Assembly: GCA_000004695.1 (NCBI GenBank)
Contig: CM000152.2
Coordinates: 3,968,001-4,032,000, forward strand
DNA from: Dictyostelium discoideum
Taxonomy: Eukaryota
DNA length: 64,000 nt
Direction of reading: 5' to 3'
The notes beneath the pieces are model-generated. The model saw only the letters and a program-made list of their open reading frames with translations. It ran no database searches and was not told the DNA's origin. A program made the position numbers and the translations under genes. Positions 50,131 through 63,529 of the stretch are shown piece after piece (the stretch's first letter is position 1; each line of letters starts with the position of its first letter).

Positions 50131-50654
50131 AGTGTTCAATTCTTGAATTGTTCAAAATCTACACCGCTTTTAGGTAAAAAAAAAAAAGAATTGTTCAAAA
50201 TCTGCAATTGTAATAAAGCCCAGTAAAATAATAGATAATTATTTTTTTTTTTTTTTTAGAGTGATTTGTTCTTGAGTGGTTTGGTTTATATGGTTAATTA
50301 ACTAATAATAATAATAAATAATTTATTTAATTTTAAATATCAACATATTTAAAAAAGGATATTTAAAAAAAATAATAATAATAACAATACTATATTTTAA
50401 AATAAAAATTCATAAATCAACCATTAATTTTTTTTTTTTTCCTTTAATGTATGGCACTGATTAATCAATATTCAAAAAAAAAAAAAAAAAATCTATCCTT
50501 GACTCCTCTTCATTCCATCAATTCATTTGAAAAAAAAAGTTTAAACTTATAAAATTTATTACAAAATTAAAATTGATTAAATTGAGTAAACTAGTGTCGT
50601 ATCCATCCTGTAACTTTAATTTAAATTTTAATAAAATATTATTTGATTTTATTT

Positions 50655-51913
50655 TACGATTGGGTATGATGAAGTGGCTAATTATAAAAGGTATTATTTA
50701 AAAATAAATGTTAGTTTTGTGAGTAATAATTTAGTAAACAAAAAATTATAATAATCCTGATTTTGATGGCGGTTTATTATCAGTGGTAATATTTGATGAT
50801 GATGACGATGATTCTTGACAAACTTTGTTAACTGATAATAATGGATTAATTGAATATGCTTTTTGAATATATCCAAATGTGTGTGATGATCCGACTTCGA
50901 TACTGTTTTTCCAATTTGGTAGTGTGAATGTATTTGATAATTTTTGAACTTCCCAAATACTTTGAATATCATTTAATTCGAATGTATATGATTGAATCAT
51001 TGATTGGCCAATATTTGTAATTATTGTTTCTACTTGAATATAATCTTGATTATTTTCTCTCCATGAACTTGTAATAGTTTGTGTTACATTTGCATTGCAC
51101 GATGAAGTTGGTGTGGTTGGTGTTGGTGTTGGTAATTCATCACATGTTGATGTTTCGTCAGTGAGTGGTGTTGTTTGATTTGATTGTTGAATATATCCAA
51201 AACTATGAGACGATCCTGATGAAATACTACCAACCCAATTTGGAAGTTGATAATCATTACTACTTAATAATGTTTCAACTTCCCAAATGCTAATGATTTA
51301 ATTTGAATGAAAATGAACGAATTGTTGTTGGTCCAATGTTGGTAGTACTGCTATCTTTGAATGCTTCATATTTTAAAAAGAATTGATCGGCTCTGTAAGT
51401 TCTATTGAATTGATTTGACCATTGAATAAATGAATTTTGATATTCAAGTTCTCTTTTTCTACAATCTTTACCATATCTACCAAATTTACAACCACAGATA
51501 TCACGGCCATAATGGCGATGATGGTGACTTTGATTATGAAGTGATTTAGCATTTTCTTCATTATTTTCATTATCACCATTGCTATCATTTGATATATCGC
51601 CACCACTACCATCAATATCACTACCTAATTAATCACTATCATTTTCACTATTATTATTAATATTAAAACCTTTGCATCTATTTGCTTTATCATCTTGAAT
51701 ATCATCTAATTCTTTATTAGGTTGATGTTCATGGTCATGATCATGATTATTTTTAATTATTACTTTAACAGTAATTTCATCACCTTGATCTTTTACTTTT
51801 GTATTTACTTTGATATCATAATCATCATTATCATCATGTTTACATAATGAAAATGTAAACAATGAACTAAATAATAAAAATATTATTAAAACAAATAATA
51901 TACTAACTTTCAT
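50655..51913 (-). pseudogene. Decayed copy A of the CBM-containing cysteine protease (signal peptide, His-rich region, partial propeptide, one CBM repeat, fused to the last exon). It has a nonsense mutation and two deletions and lacks the catalytic-domain exons.
   Basis: The N-terminus is near-identical to copies B and C: [51 protein letters not shown]... Then TCA>TAA at 51618..51620 (gatagtgatTAAttaggt in copy A vs gatagtgatTCAttaggt in copies B and C). About 250 bp is missing near 51300-51370 relative to copy B. The CBM region joins directly to the terminal-exon/3'-flank sequence at about 50750. Confidence 0.65.
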
Positions 51914-52360
51914 TTTTTATAACAGCAATTGTTGTCAATTTAAAAATATTTAAAATGAAAACATTTAAATAAAAATTTTTTACATACTTTTATAGTCGTT
52001 AGGTTTTCACAAAATAAAAGAATCTCTTTCTTTTTTTTTACACAAAAAAAAAAAGATTTTGGCTATTTGGTGATAATGGCAATTCAAAAATCAAAAAATT
52101 CCCGATAATAAAAAAAATATCGACCAATTTTTTTTTTTAATTTTCCAAATAAAATTTTATTCAATAATGTTATTAATGATTATCTAATTTTATACTATAA
52201 TAAAAAGAAAAATAAATATTAATAATAAAAAAAAAAAAAAAAAAAAAAGATGTTTGTTAATTGTTAAAAATTTATTATAAAATTAAAATTGATTAAATGA
52301 ATTTAACTAGCGTTGTATCATCTTGATACTTTAATTTAAAATTTAAAAAAAAATTTGATT

Positions 52361-54888
52361 TTAAATTACGACTGGGTATGATGATGCAGTGGCTAATTAT
52401 AAAAGGTATTATTTTAAAAATAAATGTTAGATTGTGAGTAATAAATTAGTAAACAAAAAATTATAATACTTACCAATTCCACATTTATCGCCAGTATTTC
52501 TTCTCATTCTAAAGTATCCTTTTTCACCTGTGATATTTATCATAATTTTGGAAAATAAAAAGAAAAATTAAAAAACAATATATAAAATTAGTATAGTAGT
52601 AAAAATGTGTTTTAAAAATTTTTTTTATCTTTTTTTTTTCTTACCCCATCCGTCGCCCCATGAATTCTAAAAGAATGAAAATAAATAAAAAAAGTGTTAG
52701 TAAAAGATTAATGAAAAAATTTAAATAGGACAGAGAATGATATATTTTACTTTTATAATCCAAAAGTCAACCCCATTTTCAATACCATATCCAACTACAA
52801 CAACAGCATGAGTGGTTCTATATTTATCACAACTGTCACTGTTGTAAATGCCACTTGAATAATACATAAATTCTCTTGTCGATGCATCATAAGCAACTGA
52901 AACAGGACCCACTGAAGCAACTGCATTTGCTAAGTCCTCTTCATCATGTTGTTTAATCATAACATAGTTTGAAATTCTTGATTGTGCATCTCCACTATTA
53001 TAACGACATAGTCCAACTCTGCCTTCATAAGGATAAGTACTTTGGAGATTAATTCCACCATTTTCTTTTATATATCTAAAACAATTATGCATCCTTTTTT
53101 TAAAAAAAATAAATTGTTGTTAATATCCATTACTACATTAATTTTAAATACAATAGTAGTAGTTTAATTAAAGTTTATTAAAATCAAAAATAACATACCA
53201 TCCTCCACTACATTCACCATTTCCATAATTTCTGGTGCAATCAACTAAATTTTGTTCAGAAAGGTTTAACATTCTATTATTCTTTCTATAATAATGGGCT
53301 TCTAGTGCACCAACTGTACTAAATGCATAACAACTTCCTATAATAATTATTTTTAAATAAAATTAGAACTTTATGGTAATGGAATATAATTAATTATATA
53401 TTTAAACTTACCGCAACTGCCTTGATTTTTAACTTTGCTCACCATACCCCAGGTTCTCCAATCAATTGAGATTGGTCTCGACCATTTTAATAATCTTGAT
53501 TTTGATGGTTCATCAGTGGTAATATTTGATGATGATGATGACGATGATTCTTGACAAACTTTGTTAACTGATAATAATGGATTAATTGAATATGCTTTTT
53601 GAATATATCCAAATGTGTGTGATGATCCGACTTCGATGCTGTTTTTCCAATTTGGTAGTGTGAATGTATTATTTGATAATGTTTGAATTTCCCAAATACT
53701 TTGAATATCATTTAATTCGAATGTATATGATTGAATTATTGATTGACCAATATTTGTAATTATTGTTTCTACTTGAATATAATCTTGATTATTTTCTCTC
53801 CAAGAACTTGTAATAGTTTGTGTTACATTTGCATTGCATGATGAAGTTGGTGTGGTTGGTGTTGGTGTTGGTAATTCATCACATGTTGATGTTTCGTCAG
53901 TGAGTGGTGTTGTTTGATTTGATTGTTGAATATATCCAAAACTATGAGACGATCCTGATGAAATATTGCCAACCCAATTTGGAAGTTGATAGCTATTACT
54001 TGATAATGTTTCAACTTCCCAAATGCTAATGATATTATTTAATTTGAATGAAAATGAACGAATTGTTGTTGGTCCATTGTTGGTAATTATTACTTGTACT
54101 TGAGTAAAGTCTTGATTACCATCATTCCATGAGTTTATAATAGTTTGAGTAATATTAACTGAGCATGGACTATTTGATGGTGTAGTTTCATTTAAATTAA
54201 ATTCATATAATTTACTTGTATATATATTTAAAAATTCGTCATGAGTCATATCAGAGAATTGAGTTAGACCAAGTTCCATAGTTGAATTTTGATTTTCTCT
54301 CTTGTATTGTTCGATGAATCTACTGCTATCTTTGAATGCTTCATATTTTAATAAGAATTGATCGGCTCTGTAAGTTCTATTGAATTGATTTGACCATTGA
54401 ATAAATGAATTTTGATATTCAAGTTCTCTTTTTCTACAATCTTTACCATATCTACCAAATATACAACCACAGATATCACGGCCATCATGGTGATGATGGT
54501 GACCATGATTATGAAGTCTTTTAGCATTTTCTTCATTATTTTCATTATCATTATTGCTATCATTTGATATATCGCCACCACTACCATCAATATCACTACC
54601 TAATGAATCACTATCATTTTCACTATTATTATTATTAATATTAAAACCTTTGCATCTATTTGCTTTATCATCTTGAATATCATCTAATTCTTTGTGAGGT
54701 TGATGTTCATGGTCATGATTATGATTATTTTTAATTATTACTTTAACAGTAATTTCATCACCTTGATCTTTTACTTTTGTATTTACTTTGATATCGTAAT
54801 CATCATTATCATGTTTACATAATGAAAATGTAAACAATGAACTAAATAATAAAAATATTATTAAAACAAATAATATACTAACTTTCAT
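52361..54888 (-). CDS. Papain-family (C1A) cysteine protease precursor with an unusual layout: signal peptide, His-rich stretch, I29 propeptide, 2x about 95-aa CBM49-like carbohydrate-binding repeats, then the catalytic domain. Copy B, six exons (minus): 54888..53412, 53337..53199, 53093..52751, 52666..52645, 52527..52474, 52392..52361. About 688 aa.
   Basis: I29: [68 protein letters not shown]-like repeats: [80 protein letters not shown] and [80 protein letters not shown]. Catalytic domain across exons: [22 protein letters not shown]|[30 protein letters not shown]|[24 protein letters not shown].......[20 protein letters not shown]|NSWGDGWG|[17 protein letters not shown]|[10 protein letters not shown]. 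All donors GTAAGT/GTATGT/GTAAAA/GTAAGA and all acceptors ..AG were read on the minus strand, with phases consistent. Confidence 0.75.
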
Positions 54889-55262
54889 TTTTTATAACAG
54901 CAATTGTTGGCAATTTAAAAATATTTAAAATGAAAACATTTAAATATAAATATTTTACATACTTTTATAGTCGTTAGGTTTTCACAAAAAAAAAAAAAAA
55001 AAAAAGATTTTCACTGTTTGGTGTGATCAAAAAAAACGTAAACTGCAATGCAAAGATCAAAATTTCTAATAATAAAAAATCGCAACCGGTTATTTTTATT
55101 TTTCTATATAATATTTTATGTAATAATTGATTGGCTAATATTATAAAAAGAAAAAAAAATAATTAATTTCTTTTATTTTATTTAAAAAATTTCTTTTTCT
55201 TTTAGTATTTATTTAGAAAAAAATAATAAAAAAAAAATAAAAAAAAACAAAGATGTTTGATA

Positions 55263-55460
55263 ATTTTTAAAAATTTATTACAAAATTAAAATTGATTAAA
55301 TTAAATTAACTAGTGTTGTATTGATCTGTTCTTAGTTTAAATTTAATAAAAATTTTGATTTGATTTTAAGCTACGACTGGGTATGAGGTGCAGTGGCTAA
55401 TTAAAGAGATATTATTTTAAAAATAAATGTTAGTTTTGTGAGTAATAAATTAGTAAAAAA
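55263..55460 (-). repeat. Orphan duplicate of the cysteine-protease terminal exon plus 3' flank, lying between copies B and C
   Basis: aaatttattacaaaattaaaattgattaaattaaattaactagtgttgtattgatc...aagctacgactgggtatgaggtgcagtggctaattaaagag parallels 55627..55830 and 52265..52470, with substitutions (GATGATGCAG>GAGGTGCAG) that break the reading frame. Confidence 0.55.
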
Positions 55461-55738
55461 AAAAAAAAAACTGCAACACAAAGGTCAAAAATTTTCTAAT
55501 AATAAAAAAAAAATCACATTCATTTTTTTTTTTTTATTTTCATAAACGATATTTTATGTTATAAATGATTATCTAATTTTATACTAAAAGAAAAAAAAAA
55601 AAAAAAAAAAAAAAAAAAGATGTTTGATGATAATTGTTAAAAATTTATTATAAAATTAAAATTGATTAAATTAATTTAACTAATGTTGTATCGATCTTGT
55701 TACTTTAATTTAAAATTTAATAAAAAATTGATTTGATT

Positions 55739-58272
55739 TTAAGCTACGACTGGGTATGATGATGCAGTGGCTAATTATAAGAGGTATTGTTTAGAAATAA
55801 ATGTTAGTTTTGTGAGTAATAATTTAGTAAGAAAAAATTAAATTAATACTTACCAATTCCACATCTATCGCCAATATTTCTTCTCATTCTAAAGTATCCG
55901 TTTTCACCTGTGATATTTATCATAATTTTGGAAAATAAAAAAAAATTAAAAACAATATATAAAATTAGTATGGTAGTAAAAATGTTTTTTAAAATTTTTT
56001 TATCTTTTTTTTTTTCTTACCCCATTTGGCGCCCCATGAATTCTAAAAGGATGAAAAATAAATAAAAAAAAGTGTTAGTAAAAGATTAATGATAAAATTT
56101 AAATAATAGGACAGAGAATGATATACTTTACTTTTATAATCCAATAGTCAACCCCATTTTCATTATCATATCCAACTACAACAACAGCATGAGTGGTTCT
56201 ATATTTATTACAATTGTCACTGTAGTAAATACCTCTTGAATAATACATAAATTCTCTTGTCGATGCATCATAAGCAACTGAAACAGGACCCACTGAAGCA
56301 ACTGTATCTGCTAAGTCCTCTTCATCATGTTGTTTAATCATAACAAATTTTGAAATTCTTGATTGTGCATCTCCACTATTATAACGACATTGTCCAAATT
56401 TGCCTTCATAAGGATAAGTACTTTCCTGATTAATTCCACCATTTTCTTGTATATAGCTATAACAATTATGCATCCTTTTTTTTAAAAAAATAAATTGTTG
56501 TTAATATCCATTACTACATTAATTTTAAATACAATAGTAGTAGTTTAATTAAAGTTTATTAAAATTAAAAATAACATACCATCCTCCACTACATCCACCA
56601 TTTCTATATTTATTACTAGCGGTGCAATCAACTAAATTTTGTTCAGAAAGGTCTAACATTCTATTATTCTTTCTATAATAATGGGATTCTAATGCACCAA
56701 CTGTACTAAATGCATAACAACTTCCTATAATAATTATTTTTAAATAAAATTAGAACTTTATGGTAATGGAATATAATTAATTATATATTTAAACTTACCG
56801 CAACTGCCTTGATTTTTAACTTTGCTCACCATACCCCAGGTTCTCCAATCAATTGAGATTGGTCTCGACCATTTTAATAATCTTGATTTTGATGGTTCAT
56901 CAGTGGTAATATTTGATGATGATGATGACGATGATTCTTGACAAACTTTGTTAACTGATAATAATGGATTAATTGAATATGCTTTTTGAATATATCCAAA
57001 TGTGTGTGATGATCCGACTTCGATACTGTTTTTCCAATTTGGTAGTGTGAATGTATTATTTGATAATGTTTGAATTTCCCAAATACTTTGAATATCATTT
57101 AATTCGAATGTATATGATTGAATCATTGATTGGCCAATATTTGTAATTATTGTTTCTACTTGAATATAATCTTGGTTATTTTCTCTCCATGAACTTGTAA
57201 TAGTTTGTGTTACATTTGCATTGCACGATGAAGTTGGTGTGGTTGGTGTTGGTGTTGGTAATTCATCACATGTTGATGTTTCGTCAGTGAGTGGTGTTGT
57301 TTGATTTGATTGTTGAATATATCCAAAACTATGAGACGATCCTGATGAAATACTGCCAACCCAATTTGGAAGTTGATAGCTATTACTTGATAATGTTTCA
57401 ACTTCCCAAATGCTAATGATATTATTTAATTTGAATGAAAATGAACGAATTGTTGTTGGTCCAATGTTGGTAATTACTACTTGTACTTGAATAAAGTCTT
57501 GATTACCATCATTCCATGAGTTTACAATAGTTTGAGTAATATTAACTGAGCATGAACTGTTTGATGGTGTAGTTTCATTTAAATTAAATTCATATAATTT
57601 GCTTGTATATACATTTAAAAATTCGTCATGAGTCATATCAGAGAATTGAGTTAGACCAAGTTCCATGGTTGAATTTTGATTTTCTCTCTTGTATTGTTCG
57701 ATGAATCTACTGCTATCTTTGAATGCTTCATATTTTAATAAGAATTGATCGGCTCTGTAAGTTCTATTGAATTGATTTGACCATTGAATAAATGAATTTT
57801 GGTATTCAAGTTCTCTTTTTCTACAATCTTTACCATATCTACCAAATATACAACCACAGATATCACGGCCATCATGGTGATGATGGTGAACATGATTATG
57901 AAGTCTTTTAGCATTTTCTTCATTATTTTCATTATCACCATTGCTATCATTTGATATATCGCCACCACTACCAATCTCACTATCTAATGAATCACTACCA
58001 TCCACATTATTATTATTAATATTAAAACCTTTGCATCTATTTGCTTTATCATCTTGAATATCATCTAATTCTTTATGAGGTTGATGTTCATGGTCATGAT
58101 CATGATTATTTTTAATTATTACTTTAACAGTAATTTCATCACCTTGATCTTTTACTTTTGTATTTACTTTGATATCATAATCGTCATTATCATCATGTTT
58201 ACATAATGAAAATGTAAACAATGAACTAAATAATAAAAATATTATTAAAACAAATAATATACCAACTTTCAT
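55739..58272 (-). CDS. Papain-family cysteine protease precursor with 2x CBM49-like repeats, copy C (tandem paralog about 3.39 kb from copy B, about 95% identical). Exons (minus): 58272..56799, 56724..56580, 56474..56132, 56042..56021, 55907..55854, 55770..55739.
   Basis: Same exon/intron structure as copy B at an offset of +3387 (exon 1) or +3381 (later exons). Exon 2 is 6 nt longer (..[20 protein letters not shown] vs ..[18 protein letters not shown]). Exon 4 encodes NSWGAKWG (NSWGDGWG in B). Catalytic Cys (GSCG|SCYAFS) and His ([11 protein letters not shown]) are intact. The C-terminus is ..[10 protein letters not shown]. Confidence 0.75.
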
Positions 58273-59471
58273 TTTTTTTTTTTTTTTTTTTCTAACTATT
58301 GATAATTATTATAAAAGAAAAAAAAAAAAAACTGTGCCTTATAAAATACAGTTAAAAAAAAAAAAAAAATTATCTAAAATTATTTAACTCGTGCAAATGG
58401 TTTGTGATATCTTAAAAGATAAAAAATTTTCTATGTCACCCCCACCAATTCTCTTCATTTTACAAGTCATTTGCATGAGTTAAATTATTTTAATTTTTTT
58501 TTTTTTTCCAGTATCAAAGGGTAAAAATATGATTGGTTGTTTAAATTTAAATTTTATTGCAAACATTTGCAAAAAAAAAATAAACCTGGAAATCTTTGCA
58601 AAAAAAAATCAGTTGATTTTTTTTTAACCAAAAAAACATCATTTTACAACACTTTTTTTTTTTTTCCTAAAAATAACGCACATCAAAAAATATCAAACAG
58701 ACACTAATCCCTAAATGAAATTAATTAATTGAAATTTAATTTAATTTTCATTTTTTTTTTTTTTTTTTTATTTAAAAATTTAATTTCTGAATATCCCAAA
58801 AATAGATTATATACAAAATAAAAAAAAATGAATTTTTTTTTTTTTTTTTTTAATCAAAAATAAAATAAATAATCAAGAATTAATTATTTTTTTTTATATT
58901 TTTTAAATCAAATATACACAAATGATACAAAATAATAATAAAAGTGAAAGTAATCGAAATAAAAAGAATTACAAAAAATGAATTATAAAAAAAAAAAATG
59001 GAAAATAAAAAAAAAAAAAAAAAGATAATATTTTTTTTTTTTTTTATTTTTTTTCTTGAGTCAGATTTGAATAGATTTTTAATTATTTATCAAAAAACGA
59101 ATCCAGAAAAAAAAATCTGTGAATTGGTTCGTTAAAATCCAAATAGGTTTAATATCTAATAAACGATTATATTTTCAACTTCTGTTTTAAAATATTAAAA
59201 AATAAAATAAAAAATAAAATAAAATAAAAAAAAAAAAAAAAAAAATAAAATAAAATAAAAATTAAAATGAGGAATTAGTTCGTTTTTTTTTTTTCATTTT
59301 TCTTTTTTTTTTTTTATTTTTTTTTTTTTTATTTTTTTTGTAATTTATTTTTTAAACTTCAATTTATTTTTTATTTTATTTTTCATTTTTCCATTTTATT
59401 TATTCACATATAAAAATTTAAATATATTTATATACATATATTTAATATTAATATTAAATAATACTATCTAA

Positions 59472-61368
59472 ATGATTCAATCTTCAATTAGAAAATGTTT
59501 AACTTCAATAAAACCAAATAATATAATTGGTAGAAGTAAAGTTAACATTATCAATATCAATTTCAATATCAATAATAGAAACATTAGATACTTTGCATCA
59601 AATAGTAGTAGTAGTAGTAATAATAATAATAATAATAATAACAATGGTAATAGCGGTGAAATATCAATGTGTAACAACAATATAAATAGTAACAATAATA
59701 ATAGTAACAATAACAAAGAAAAAGATAATTTAATAAGAGTATTAGAAGATGATAAACTAAGGAATATTTCCACAACAGGATTAGTTGATACATTATATAA
59801 AAAATCGAACCAATCTGAATTACCATTAGAGAATCCAATTTCATCAATACAACAAGCTACTGGAGGCAGTAGTATAATGGAATTATCAGAACAATATACA
59901 GACCCATTATTAGATCCAGTTGTTAAAGTTTTCTCAGTTTTAACTTCTCCAAATTATTTTATACCTGTAGGTTTAATTTTATTTTATTTTATTTTAAATT
60001 CATTTATTAATTAATTAATTATTATTATTTTTTTTAAAAAACTAGTGGCAAATGAAACCACAAAGAGAAGTAACTGGTAGTGGATTTATAATTAGTGGTA
60101 AAAGAATTTTAACAAATGCACATGTTGTAGCGGATCAAACATTGGTGATGGTAACCAAATTTGGTAATCCAAATAAATTTCCAGCCAAATTAGTTTCATC
60201 AGCACATGATTATGATTTAGCAATGTTAACAGTGGAGGATGATGAGTTTTGGGAAGGATTAATTCCGTTGGAATTGGGTGATTTACCAGATTTACAAGAT
60301 ACTATTACAGTGGTTGGTTTTCCAACTGGTGGATCAAATATTTGTGTGACACAAGGTGTTGTGTCTAGAATTGATCTTCAACCTTATGCACATAGTGAGA
60401 CAAGATCATTATCGATTCAAATCGATGCAGCTATTAATCCAGGTAATTCTGGTGGTCCAGCATTAAAAGATGGTAAAGTTGTAGGTATTGCATTTCAAAA
60501 TTTAACAGGTGCATCATCGGTTGGTTTCATTATACCAACACCAGTGATTCGTAGATTCATTAGAGATATCGAATTGAATGGTAAATTCACTGGTGTACCA
60601 ATGTTGGGCATAGTTTCACAAAATTTAGATTCAATGCCAAAGGAATACTTTAAAATTCCAACCGATTCACCAATTACAGGTGTGGTTGTAAACGAGTTAC
60701 ATCCATTCTCTGCCGCAAAAGGATTGATTCAAGTAAAGGATATTATAACTCATATCAATGGTGTATCAGTGGCTGATGATGGTTCAATTGCTTTTCGTAG
60801 ACGTGAACGTATTAGTTTTGGTTATCTATTTAGCAATCATTTCATTGGTGATCAAATCGATTTAACAGTATTAAGAAATGGTGAACGTTTAAATGTACGT
60901 GTACCATTGGTTAGTCAATTCAGTGTTGTACCATTCCAAATGTATGATAGTCGTCCAAGTTATTTCGTTTATTCAGGTTTAGTTTTCGTACCAATCACTT
61001 ATCCATTCTTACAAGAATTATCCGATGATTTGGCAGTAACCTATCGTAGAGTTTATGAACGTATTGAAAAAATCACATCTGAAGATTTTCAAGTTGTCAT
61101 ATTATCTCAAGTACTTTTTGACAAAACTAATCATGGTTACTCAAATTTAAGTTTAACAGAGGTTAAAAGAGTTAATGATATTCCAGTTAAAAATTTAAAA
61201 CATTTAGTACATTTAATAGAATCAAATCAAAATCCTTATTTAGTCATCACTTTAGAACATGAAAACTTTATCATTTTGAAAAAAGATGAAGCTGATCAAG
61301 CAAATTTAAGAGTTATGAAACAACATGCAATTCCTCATTTAAAATCTGAAGATTTAAGATTATCTTCA

Positions 61369-61412
<44 letters not shown>

Positions 61413-61494
61413 TAATAATTTAAATGTAAATCTTAATAATAATGATAATGAAGTTAATAATAATAATGATAATAGTAATAAAACTATTTTTTAA
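59472..61494 (+). CDS. DegP/HtrA-family trypsin-like serine protease (Deg, plant/organellar type) with an N-terminal Asn/Ser-rich presequence. Exons 59472..59966 and 60046..61494. About 647 aa.
   Basis: Exon 1 ends ..DPVVKVFSVLTSPNYFIP (donor GTAGGT at 59967); exon 2 starts WQMKPQREVTGSGFIISGKRILTNAHVVAD (acceptor AACTAG at 60044-45, phase 0). Catalytic triad context: TNAHVV (His), DYDLAML (Asp), GNSGGPAL (Ser). C-terminal PDZ-like region and a poly-N tail. The junction matches the conserved Deg motif ..PNYxLPWQ.K.Q..SSGSGF.I. Confidence 0.8.
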
Positions 61495-61590
61495 ATTATT
61501 TTATTATTGTATATATTAAAAAAAAAAAAAAATATGGATTATTATTTAAATTTTATTTTTATTTTATTTCTTTTTTTTGTTTTTTAAATA

Positions 61591-63529
61591 TTAATTTGAA
61601 CATGAAACAATATATTCACAACAATTATGACAATTATTATTTTTAAATTGTTCATTTTTAATTGAAATACATTTTAATCCTTGAGATGGACAATTCAAAT
61701 CATCACAAGAGGTACAATCAGTTTTGGAACAAATTGCAAAACCATTAATGTTATTACAATGTTGATTCTTTGGACATTTTTTATTTGAACATGGATCATA
61801 TATTGATGTGGTACTTGAAATTGTGCCTCCAAAAGTTGTGGATGATATTGTTGATGTAGTTGTTGATGATGATACTGTTTGAGATGTTGTACCACTAGTG
61901 GTTGTAGTTGGGTTTTGAGTTGTTGTTGCTGTTGTTGATGTTGGTGAAGTTGTTGATGTTGGTGAAGTTGTTGTTGCTGTTGTTGATGTTGGTGAAGCTG
62001 TTGTTGATGTAGTTGTTGTTGAAGTTAATGGTGAAATTGTGGCTCCAGTTGTTACAACAAATGAACCATCACTACTGCCACTTCCTCTTTGGCAATCTTG
62101 TATTTCGACAAATTCACAAACGCCATCTAATGAACAAAATCCCGTAATACATGGGTTTGGATGGTCACAATTAATTGGTACTTCAACACATGATGGAACA
62201 CCAGAATCAGAAATTTGACATTTAGATGGTAAGCAGGGATCAGTAGTTATACAAGCTAAAGATCCACATTGAACACAATTTCCAGTTTCAAAGAAAATAC
62301 ACTCACCATTATCAGAATCACAACCTCCTAGAATACATGGGTTGGGATGTGAACAATTCTTTGTTGATACATCACATTTATTTGCTGTTACCGGACTACA
62401 TTGTGAAATAAAACATGGATTGGTTGAAATACAAGCATCTGTTCCACAATCAACACAATTATCAACGAGTGTATTTATACAACCAACATTGGTATCACAA
62501 GAATCAATAGTACAATGATTATTATCATCACAATCAGTTGTCACCGATCTACAACCTTCATTCAAATTACAAACATTTGAAATACAAGCATTGCCACCAT
62601 AGGTTTCAGAACAATTAAATCCAGATTCCACACATTGATTATTAACACATTCTCTTTTAATACAAATAAACTCTTCTGAATTACAATTTATACCTTCAAA
62701 ACAATTACATGTTGTATTATCACCATTACACACTCCACATTCGTCAATAGTATCACATTGAAATTCAAAATTTGTTTCAACTCTATAAAAAATATTTATT
62801 ATAAATAAATTAAAAAAAAGAATTTCACATTAATAATTTAAAGAAATAAATAAATAAAATATACTTTTTAAAAATATATAAATAAATAAAATTACCCAAA
62901 AACATGAATATCTCTTCTTTTTCTATTACAATTTATAATATCTATTGGTGTGGTTGAAAAAACATTACTTCCAGAATCATTTTCAATTTGATGATAACCT
63001 TCTACTTCGTCAGCAATACCCAAATATGTAAAAATTAATTTACCTCTAACAAAAATAAAAATATCATCGGAATGTGTAACTTTAAGAGTAGTTGAAATAT
63101 TACCTGGGTTTAATAATGAATCGAAACGAATTCTTACGCACCATTTAAAATTATGTTCCTCACCTTCATTACCAAATCCTATATTATCAACTATAAAAAA
63201 AAAAAATTAAAAAAATAAATAAACAAAATTTTAAATAATAAAATAAATAAATAAATAATAAATAAATAAATTAACACTAACCTGGAAAGAATGATCTATT
63301 ATAATAACCGCTTTTTATTTCTGGTACTTCATATTGTCCACCAAAAGTTATATCAGGATTAATAACCCTTGTCCATTGATTAAAAGTTGTTTCATTATCA
63401 ATTAAAATAACATTATTTCCAAAATCAGGTGTTGGTTGATCACCAGCTACATATACCATGCTACCAGTATCTGAAAGATATTGGGTGAATTGTATTACTT
63501 TCATATGTAAAAAAAAAATCAGGAACATC

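Noticed and set aside
53487-54596. Short minus-strand ORFs inside the cysteine-protease genes (53487..53711, 53823..54014, 54348..54596, and the copy C equivalents 56874..57098, 57210..57401, 57735..57980)
   Set aside because: Alternative frames of the protease CDS (His-rich translations of the Asp/Asn-rich region). The main frame carries all the recognisable domains.
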